From positions 22,240 to 86,239 of the forward strand of contig CAYMGJ010000001.1 of NCBI GenBank assembly GCA_964389975.1: a DNA stretch of 64,000 bases, read 5' to 3'. The notes below the pieces were generated by a model that saw only the letters and a list, made by a program, of their open reading frames with translations, was not told the origin of the DNA and searched no databases. This document shows, piece after piece, positions 19,562-26,519 of the stretch; within the stretch, counting starts at the first letter, position 1, and the number at the start of each line of letters is the position of its first letter. The position numbers and the translations under genes are program-made. The DNA comes from an uncultured Candidatus Saccharibacteria bacterium (lineage in GTDB: Bacteria > Patescibacteriota > Minisyncoccia > Phycocordibacterales > PALSA-1337).

Positions 19562-19591
19562 TTGACAAATAGATATTTAGTATGCTATAAT
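19562..19591 (+). promoter_or_regulatory. sigma-70-type consensus promoter (TTGACA-18-TATAAT)
   Basis: Exact TTGACA at 19562-19567 and TATAAT at 19586-19591. Confidence 0.55.
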
Positions 19592-19805
19592 ATAAACAAT
19601 CAAGTTAGATCATTGAAAATTAAATAGTGAAAGTTAGAAGATTGGCTTGTTCCAGTTGGAGTAGTATCTTGCATACCTAACCTCTTGTGGGGATTAGGTG
19701 TTCAAGAAAACTGCTCCGACAGAAAACAATGGAGCGGGTCAGTCACATGGGTGGGATCATCCCGCATTGTGAGCTAGTCCGCGAGACTGCAGAAAGCCTG
19801 CATAT
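19592..19805 (+). promoter_or_regulatory. ~210-nt GC-rich structured 5' leader (candidate cis-regulatory RNA)
   Basis: Several local hairpins (cctaa..ttagg; gctcc..ggagc; tggga..tccca) and a long-range ggctt/aagcc pairing that overlaps the region just upstream of ATG 19806. Confidence 0.3.
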
Positions 19806-20696
19806 ATGAAAACAATCGAAAATAATACCGTTAAGCTCGTTAGTCACTTCCAACGTGGTGGTTGGGTCAGTCAATGGGATGGACAAAAGTTTGTCAAAGT
19901 CGCCAGTGCCGCGGAGAATACCTGGTATGACGATGGTGACGACTCAAAAGAAGTCGCCCTTCCCGAAGGTTTCAAGGGTGCGGTCGGTGAGTTCCATGGC
20001 GTGTCATCATCGGTCGCATTGGTTGGATTCACTGATGAGGAGCTCAATGCTCCCTCACCAGTTCAAGGTTGGGACAATGTTGGTGTTGGATTTCGTGCTG
20101 AAAGGTGCGAACTCATCAGGAACCTTGGGGATTACCTCAAGGCAATTGCCAACAACTCGTTCGTTGCCATTCCTGAAAAGGGTGACGTACACACAGTCTC
20201 CGGCAATCGCCTCGTCGAACTTCCGTTCGATTGGGGTGATCAAGCAGCAAATCACTATGCTATCATTTCGCCGAAAGGTGAAATTCTAAGCGAAGTGAGT
20301 GGCTGTGGCGATCAAGCCCCTTACCCGCTCAAGGCGGATATGACAAAGGACTGGGAGTTCTCCTCGTTGTTTGAGGACATGAATCGTAAAAACGAGCGTA
20401 ACAACGCCGCGTTCAAGGCGGGGTGGTCCGACAAGTGGCAGGAAGTCGCGAATCATCTTCGCTCTTGCTATAAGATGGGTCAAAACCCCCTGCCAACACT
20501 TCGCAAGAAGTATACTGGCAAATGGGTTTACCATCAGGCAGGAACATTGCCGGAAGATAGTGAAGTCGGGGAAGTCCGCTTCACCGAACTTCCCCAACGG
20601 GAGAACGAAACAGCGACAGCGCCGGACGGACACTCCAGTTTCTGGGGCAACGTTTGGAATCGCTGGCAGGTGAGTTACATCCCTGCAACGCTTTGA
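19806..20696 (+). CDS. hypothetical protein (296 aa; island ORF 3), GC-rich
   Basis: ORF track; ~52% GC; no recognisable motif. Confidence 0.5.
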   Translation: MKTIENNTVKLVSHFQRGGWVSQWDGQKFVKVASAAENTWYDDGDDSKEVALPEGFKGAVGEFHGVSSSVALVGFTDEELNAPSPVQGWDNVGVGFRAERCELIRNLGDYLKAIANNSFVAIPEKGDVHTVSGNRLVELPFDWGDQAANHYAIISPKGEILSEVSGCGDQAPYPLKADMTKDWEFSSLFEDMNRKNERNNAAFKAGWSDKWQEVANHLRSCYKMGQNPLPTLRKKYTGKWVYHQAGTLPEDSEVGEVRFTELPQRENETATAPDGHSSFWGNVWNRWQVSYIPATL

Positions 20697-20719
20697 AGGG
20701 CGTTCAACAAAATCTTCAA

Positions 20720-20752
20720 CCCTCGAGCAATTTGGCTCGGGGGTTTTATTAT
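20720..20752 (+). terminator. rho-independent terminator
   Basis: ccctcgagc-aatttg-gctcggggg hairpin followed by ttttatt. Confidence 0.6.
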
Positions 20753-20824
20753 TCCAATTTTTTAAATATCACACTCCTCCACATCCTTAGTAAGGGCCAT
20801 TTAGCTAGAATTCAAGTATAGATA

Positions 20825-20853
20825 TTGACAAATCTATTATATAGTAGTACTAT
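20825..20853 (+). promoter_or_regulatory. candidate sigma-70 promoter (TTGACA-17-TACTAT), shares ATATTGACAAAT with 19558-19571
   Basis: TTGACA at 20825-20830; -10-like TACTAT 17 nt downstream. Confidence 0.4.
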
Positions 20854-20910
20854 CAAGATCGGGTTCTTGGATAAAACCGAGGACAGATTGAATTAAAAAT
20901 AATACATGAA

Positions 20911-21324
20911 GTGAGAACTCAAACTAATTCTTTCTGCCTCAAAACAGAAAGGAATAGTGTGTGTGATCACCAGTCGCTAGTAGGTTACGAAGAGTATGCA
21001 TTCTTTGGTAGGAATTGTCTGTCCTGCCTAAACCCGGGGGAGACCTCACCCTACGATGCAGCTGTTAAATATGCTGCAAAGTTTCCGGGTGCTTGTGTGA
21101 TTGAGGAGAGGGATGGCTTTCGGATCTTTGGACCGAGTAAAATCAGTCTCTCATCTCTATCACAAGAGGATGTGGAGTTACTCGAGAGATTTGCAAGTGG
21201 GTCTGCTTTACCTCCTTTGTCAGAACATGACAGAAAGGTGCTTACAGATTTTCTCAGGACACCTCTTGAGGATCATATCGAAAGATGGAAAAAGAACATT
21301 CCCTGGAGGAATGAAGAAACGTAA
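20911..21324 (+). CDS. hypothetical protein (island ORF 4; true start uncertain, possibly GTG near 20958)
   Basis: ORF track; Cys-containing N-terminus; terminator downstream. Confidence 0.35.
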   Translation: MRTQTNSFCLKTERNSVCDHQSLVGYEEYAFFGRNCLSCLNPGETSPYDAAVKYAAKFPGACVIEERDGFRIFGPSKISLSSLSQEDVELLERFASGSALPPLSEHDRKVLTDFLRTPLEDHIERWKKNIPWRNEET

Positions 21325-21331
21325 CTAAATT

Positions 21332-21364
21332 GGCCGTCACTCTGTGTGGCGGTCTCTTTTTATT
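21332..21364 (+). terminator. rho-independent terminator followed by degenerate copy of island repeat motif (tttatttcaaaattttt)
   Basis: ccgtcac-tct-gtggcgg hairpin then tctcttttta. Confidence 0.4.
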
Positions 21365-21410
21365 TCAAAATTTTTAAAATGTGAATATCTCTGTTATATT
21401 GATTTAATAT

Positions 21411-22049
21411 ATGAAAAACTTAAAAAGTAGTTTTGTAGTCCAGATAATAATCACAATGATTATTATGGTTTTAATAGGTGGAGGAATATATTATGTAGTG
21501 GAATATAGATATTCAGAACCATCTACAGTAATGGAAGGTTTTTCTAATAATTTGATACCAACTAAGAAAAATATTGAAGTAGACACAAAGCAGGTCGTTG
21601 ATTCAGGTTCAAATACCTCATTGACTAAGATTTATAAAGATTCTAAATATTTCTTCACTGTAAATTACCCAAATACATGGATCGCCTCTAAGGGAGAGGA
21701 ATCAGATATGGGAGGTTTCCATTATACTCATTTTGGAGTTTCAAATATTTACGAAAAGCCATTTGTGTGGATTAGAGTCTATCCTAGACAGACCTCTCTG
21801 GATAACTTCCTAAGATATTATAAAGGATTATCTGGAATTTGGTCTGATACTGTTGTAGATGGAATTCCTGCTAAAAAACTTAATAACATAAATCAAGATA
21901 ATCAGGGAATAATACTGATTGCATTTGTTAAGGATGGATACGGTTACGACATAGCTTCTACAGCATTTGGGCAATATGGATCTGTAGCAAATGAGATGGC
22001 TCTAACCTTTAAATTTGCCTCATCAACAAATACAACCTCAGACGAATAA
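21411..22049 (+). CDS. hypothetical membrane-anchored protein (N-terminal TM, 212 aa)
   Basis: IIITMIIMVLIGGGIYYVV hydrophobic anchor; returns to low-GC composition. Confidence 0.45.
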   Translation: MKNLKSSFVVQIIITMIIMVLIGGGIYYVVEYRYSEPSTVMEGFSNNLIPTKKNIEVDTKQVVDSGSNTSLTKIYKDSKYFFTVNYPNTWIASKGEESDMGGFHYTHFGVSNIYEKPFVWIRVYPRQTSLDNFLRYYKGLSGIWSDTVVDGIPAKKLNNINQDNQGIILIAFVKDGYGYDIASTAFGQYGSVANEMALTFKFASSTNTTSDE

Positions 22050-22130
22050 ATTCTGGTCCAGTATAATAATGTAGTTCTTCTACCCAAAGAGTCCTACAAT
22101 TCCTCATAAAAGGGTAGTTCTGGTATACTA

Positions 22131-23510
22131 GTGCCTATGACACCCACCATTTTCATCATTTTCGGTATTACTGGTGACCTTGCAGGACGTAAGCTTCTTC
22201 CCGCTCTTCTCAATCTCTATGTTAAAAAACAATTACCTTCAAAGTTTGCTATCGTAGGATTTTCTCGTAAAACATTTTCCAAAGAAGAATTTCGTAGCTT
22301 CATTCGAGATCATATGCAGATTCGTCCTGGAGAATTTAAGGAAGAAGATGTTAAACACTTCATTGATCATATGAGTTATGAACAAGGTTTCTTTGATCGT
22401 CCAGAATCATATGCTAATCTCCTTAAACGTCTTGAATTTATCGATCAAGGATTTCGTCAATGTTCGAACAAATTGTTCCACCTTTCAATTCCACCAACTC
22501 TCTATGAATCTATCTTTACCCATCTTGCTGAATCAGGACTCACTGTTCCATGTATTGGAGATGAAGGATGGACACGTGTGCTTGTAGAAAAACCATTTGG
22601 AAATGATATTGAAACAGCAAAGAAGCTCGAGAAGCTTCTTGGAGAACTTTTTCAAGAATCTCAAATATTCCGTATCGATCACTATCTCGCAAAGGAAGCA
22701 CTTCAGAATATCATTGCATTCCGTTTTGCAAACTCACTTTTTGAACCACTATGGAATCGGAATCATATAGAGAGGGTACATATAAAGTTATTAGAAAAGA
22801 TTCCTGTAGGAAGTCGTGGTGCTTTCTATGACAAGATTGGAGCCCTTAAAGACGTGGGGCAAAACCATATGCTTCAGATGCTTGCTCTCATTGCTATGGA
22901 CAAGCCAGAAAGTCTTGAGGCATCGTTTCTTCGTAAAGAGAGAGCAAAGATTCTCAAGAATCTTAAACCTTTCACTCAAAAGAGTATTGCAGGAGGAGCA
23001 GTGCGTGGTCAGTATGAGGGGTATCGTTCTGAACCAGGGGTATCAGAACATTCTCAAACTGAAACATATTTCAGATTAGAAACATATATTGAGACATCAC
23101 GTTGGAAAAATGTCCCTTTCTATCTCGAAAGTGGTAAATCATTAGCAGAAACAAAAACTGAGATTGATGTATATTTCAAAAATGAAGAAGGGGAATCTCG
23201 ACAGAATATCCTCACCTTCCGTATTCAGCCTGATGAGGGTATCAAGATACGTTTCTGGGTAAAGACACCTGGCTTTGGTCTTGATGTTGAGCCTAAGACA
23301 CTTAAGTTCCGTTACAGTGATTTCCCTTCACTCTCTGATCTTCCTGATGCATATGAACATGTTCTCTATGATGCCATCATTGGAGATCAAACTCTCTTTA
23401 CAAGTACTGATGAGGTTCTCTCAGCATGGAAATATATTACCCCCATTATCAATCTCTGGAATATTGTTCCTCTAACATCGTACAAGAAGGGTTCAGTGGA
23501 TGTGATATAA
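22131..23510 (+). CDS. zwf: glucose-6-phosphate 1-dehydrogenase
   Basis: FIIFGITGDLAGRKLLPAL NADP-binding N-terminus; RIDHYLAKE active-site motif. Confidence 0.85.
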   Translation: MPMTPTIFIIFGITGDLAGRKLLPALLNLYVKKQLPSKFAIVGFSRKTFSKEEFRSFIRDHMQIRPGEFKEEDVKHFIDHMSYEQGFFDRPESYANLLKRLEFIDQGFRQCSNKLFHLSIPPTLYESIFTHLAESGLTVPCIGDEGWTRVLVEKPFGNDIETAKKLEKLLGELFQESQIFRIDHYLAKEALQNIIAFRFANSLFEPLWNRNHIERVHIKLLEKIPVGSRGAFYDKIGALKDVGQNHMLQMLALIAMDKPESLEASFLRKERAKILKNLKPFTQKSIAGGAVRGQYEGYRSEPGVSEHSQTETYFRLETYIETSRWKNVPFYLESGKSLAETKTEIDVYFKNEEGESRQNILTFRIQPDEGIKIRFWVKTPGFGLDVEPKTLKFRYSDFPSLSDLPDAYEHVLYDAIIGDQTLFTSTDEVLSAWKYITPIINLWNIVPLTSYKKGSVDVI

Positions 23511-23544
23511 TGCTACAAAATTATTTATTTAATCAACGACATAT

Positions 23545-23772
23545 ATGTTTCAAAGTTTTCTGTTAAAGACCATGCTCAAGAAGCAGATGAAAGGAGTTCC
23601 ACAAGAACAACAAGATCAGATTTTCGCTATGATTGAAAAGAATCCTGATTTTTTTATGAAAATCGCTCAAGAGGCACAGGAAAAGATAAAGGGAGGGATG
23701 CCGCAACAGCAAGCAATGATGGCTGTTATGCAGGCACATGAGAAAGAACTTCGTGAAGTGATGGGGAAATAG
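23545..23772 (+). CDS. small hypothetical protein (75 aa, Gln/Met-rich)
   Basis: ORF track. Confidence 0.35.
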   Translation: MFQSFLLKTMLKKQMKGVPQEQQDQIFAMIEKNPDFFMKIAQEAQEKIKGGMPQQQAMMAVMQAHEKELREVMGK

Positions 23773-23817
23773 GGGATTGACAGAGGAAGGTTCTCCCCAC
23801 TATACTTATCTCCAGTT

Positions 23818-24147
23818 ATGCTCGTCGTTAGATTGATGTGTTTGATGTATATCGGCGGTATCGCTGGTGAAGATCGGATTTCGTCTCGTTATGACGATAT
23901 CCACGCATGGGTATTTGCTCAAAGCGATGTCTATCGCTCGTATGGACCTCCACCAGATTCACTGTTTCTTAGAGTACCAGTCGAACAGGTTTTTCGTGTC
24001 ATGCATCCAGATGCATGTCCAGTTCGTTCGACACCCGTCATCGTTCCGTTTCAAGGGATTACACTCCCTCATCAATCATCTCAACAGATGATTCCGTATC
24101 GTTACCGCAGGTGTATCGCCCAAGACTGGGTGCCTCCTCCGGTATGA
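23818..24147 (+). CDS. hypothetical protein (109 aa) in GC-shifted segment; coding status uncertain
   Basis: Promoter-like TTGACA-17-TATACT at 23780-23812, strong terminator at 24188-24218, but no RBS and an overlapping second-frame ORF. Confidence 0.25.
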   Translation: MLVVRLMCLMYIGGIAGEDRISSRYDDIHAWVFAQSDVYRSYGPPPDSLFLRVPVEQVFRVMHPDACPVRSTPVIVPFQGITLPHQSSQQMIPYRYRRCIAQDWVPPPV

Positions 24148-24187
24148 AAGGTTTGCGTTTTTGTTTTTGGTTTTTTGCTTAAGGATA

Positions 24188-24218
24188 GCGGCTCTCCACC
24201 AGGGGGAGCCGCTTTTTC
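24188..24218 (+). terminator. rho-independent terminator
   Basis: agcggctctcc-accag-ggggagccgc followed by ttttt. Confidence 0.7.
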
Positions 24219-24268
24219 GTTCCATATGTAGTGTATACTTTATTACTAGAGGAAAGGAGGTGATACGT

Positions 24269-24502
24269 ATGAAAGATGATGAAGAAACAATGCTTGAACC
24301 CTATGTGGATTTCTTTGTTGAAATAGAAGGGGCATTGACTGCTCATCCATCGAAGGAAGAGATTGCTCGAAAGTGTCGAAGAATTATTCTCACAGGTGTC
24401 AAAGAAGATAAACATCCTTCAGGTCCAGCTATTCTCCAAAGAGTTCTTGCTCAACACAGACCATCTGTCCGTGATTCGCGACCAGTAAGGTTTGTCTCTT
24501 AG
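24269..24502 (+). CDS. small hypothetical protein (78 aa)
   Basis: GGAAAGGAGGTG RBS before ATG 24269; hairpin ccggtcacatacttgtggccgg downstream. Confidence 0.4.
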   Translation: MKDDEETMLEPYVDFFVEIEGALTAHPSKEEIARKCRRIILTGVKEDKHPSGPAILQRVLAQHRPSVRDSRPVRFVS

Positions 24503-24592
24503 TCATCATCAAGACTCCGGTCACATACTTGTGGCCGGGGTTCTTTGTACCCAATCTAGCCCCAAATCAACACGTATGCTACACTCTCTACC

Positions 24593-25690
24593 ATGTCACT
24601 ATCAATCGGAATTGTAGGTCTGCCAAATGTTGGTAAATCAACATTGTTTGTCGCCCTTACCAAAAAAAGTGTTCTCATTGCAAACTATCCCTTCGCTACC
24701 ATTGATCCTTCAGTGGGTGTTGTTCCTGTGCCTGATGAGCGTCTCCATACTCTCGCTGCATTCTCTCAGACACAGAAAACTGTGCCTGCAATCGTTGAAT
24801 TCGTTGATATTGCCGGTCTTGTAAAAGGTGCGTCTGATGGGGAGGGACTTGGTAATCAATTCCTCACTAATATCAGAGAAACAGATGCAATTGCTCATGT
24901 TGTTCGTATTTTCGAAGATGATAACATCATCCATGTTGATGGGAAGATACATCCGATAAAAGATATTGAGGTTATAAATCTCGAACTCATTCTTGCTGAT
25001 CTTCAGACAGTTACGAAGCGACTCTCGAATCTTCAAAAGGAAGTGAAAGCGGGAAAGAAGGAAGCACTTCTTGAATCCTCACTTCTTGAAAAGATTAAGG
25101 TTGCTCTTGAAGCAGGAAGATTAGCACAAACAGTAGACATGACTGATATGGAGAAACCATTTCTAAAGTCTATGCATCTCCTTACTGCTAAACCTATGAT
25201 GTATGTACTTAACAAGAAAGCAGGAGGAAAGAATCTTGATGAGGTTAATGATGAGAGGTATCAAGCACTCATCTCATTTTTCAATGAAAACAAAGCAAAG
25301 TGGGTTATCGTCGATGCTGGTATTGAACATGAACTTAAAGATCTTGAAGACAAAGACAAGAAAGAACTTCGAGAAGGACTTGGATCACAGGATGATGGTA
25401 TTGATAACTTGATACGTAAGGGATACGAACTCCTCAATCTCATCACCTATTTCACAACAGGGGAGAAAGAAACCCGTGCTTGGACTATTGGACGTGGTTG
25501 GACAGCACCAGAAGCTGGTACCGCTATTCACAATGACTTTAAAGACAAGTTCATCCGTGCAGAAGTAATTGAGTGGGATAAACTCATTGAAGCAGGATCA
25601 TTTGCTCAAGCTCGAGAGAAAGGACTTATACGAACAGAAGGGAAGGAATATATTGTAAAGGATGGTGATGTGATGGAGTTTAAGGTGTAG
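24593..25690 (+). CDS. ychF: ribosome-binding ATPase YchF (Obg-family GTPase)
   Basis: GIVGLPNVGKSTLF G1 motif, TGS-like C-terminus; 365 aa. Confidence 0.9.
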   Translation: MSLSIGIVGLPNVGKSTLFVALTKKSVLIANYPFATIDPSVGVVPVPDERLHTLAAFSQTQKTVPAIVEFVDIAGLVKGASDGEGLGNQFLTNIRETDAIAHVVRIFEDDNIIHVDGKIHPIKDIEVINLELILADLQTVTKRLSNLQKEVKAGKKEALLESSLLEKIKVALEAGRLAQTVDMTDMEKPFLKSMHLLTAKPMMYVLNKKAGGKNLDEVNDERYQALISFFNENKAKWVIVDAGIEHELKDLEDKDKKELREGLGSQDDGIDNLIRKGYELLNLITYFTTGEKETRAWTIGRGWTAPEAGTAIHNDFKDKFIRAEVIEWDKLIEAGSFAQAREKGLIRTEGKEYIVKDGDVMEFKV

Positions 25691-25777
25691 ACAAAAAGTT
25701 AGCCCGACAACTTTCGTTGCCGGGCCCTGATTCCGCCTCTAGGAGATCAGTGGGCGTAACCTCTTGAAGAGGGATGA

Positions 25778-25834
25778 TACCTTTACTTAAAGATTATCAC
25801 AGAAGATGGTGATGCGATAGAGTTTAAGATTTAG
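25778..25834 (+). pseudogene. duplicated fragment of ychF 3' end (C-terminal ~15 codons)
   Basis: YLYLKIITEDGDAIEFKI* parallels YchF C-terminus KEYIVKDGDVMEFKV*; ~26/30 nt identity over the last 30 nt. Confidence 0.5.
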
Positions 25835-26519
25835 GTAAAAGAAAAGGTCGCAATGCCACGGAAAGTATATTATCCGCAACATCCGACCCGGTGAGTTACA
25901 AGGCATTCGTCAGTACAAGCACTGCTTGATTTTTGACTCAGTCATCGGGCCAGGTATCTAATCCGACCTTTTGCAACTATGTTCATGATACCATGAAAAA
26001 GACTTAGGTCTTATAGGGCTCAAAATTCAAACACACATAGCAAATATACACAATATATATAAGATATAGTCAATACAGCACATCAAGCCCTTAACCATGG
26101 GCTACGATAGGAAATGGGGGTCTGTCAATAGTCCTGTGGATTATAAAAACATTGTCAAAAGGGGATAAAGGAGTACCATTTCTCCTTGGGTAAGCTTCAA
26201 TAATTAGTTCATTTTATGTTAGACCTCACTTTCAATGCGTTCATTGCAGTGGCCATATTTTTCGGGTTGTCAGGTCTGATATTCATTGGATATCGATCTT
26301 CCACTCGAATCATTTCGTGGTTTCTGCTTTCAGGTGGTTGGATGGCAGCACTTCTCCGTACTCTTGGTAATTTTTAACATCCCGGAAGTTCCCCGGCGAT
26401 GTAACAGGTCCCAGCTCATTGATCACACTCACGATTATGCGTTTCGTGATGGTGGGAGAGCTGGGACTCTTTTTTATATCTGGAAATATCTCCATTTCTG
26501 TTGTATGATGACAATCACT

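Noticed and set aside
23818-24147. tmRNA or RNase P RNA in the GC-shifted segment
   Set aside because: No tag-peptide reading frame ending in ...ALAA-stop, no tRNA-like 3' end (GGTTCGAATCC...CCA), and no RNase P P4 consensus (AGGAAAGTCCGGGC / ACAGAAxCCGGCTTA) on either strand
26300-26360. SRP (4.5S) RNA domain IV motif
   Set aside because: caggtggttggatggcagcac only loosely resembles caggtccggaaggaagcagcc; the symmetric-loop consensus is not preserved
26286-26519. ORF-track N-terminal extension of leuS (MDIDLPLESF...)
   Set aside because: The extension has no similarity to LeuRS N-termini; the conserved start MNQYDHIKIEKKWQKHW begins at ATG 26520
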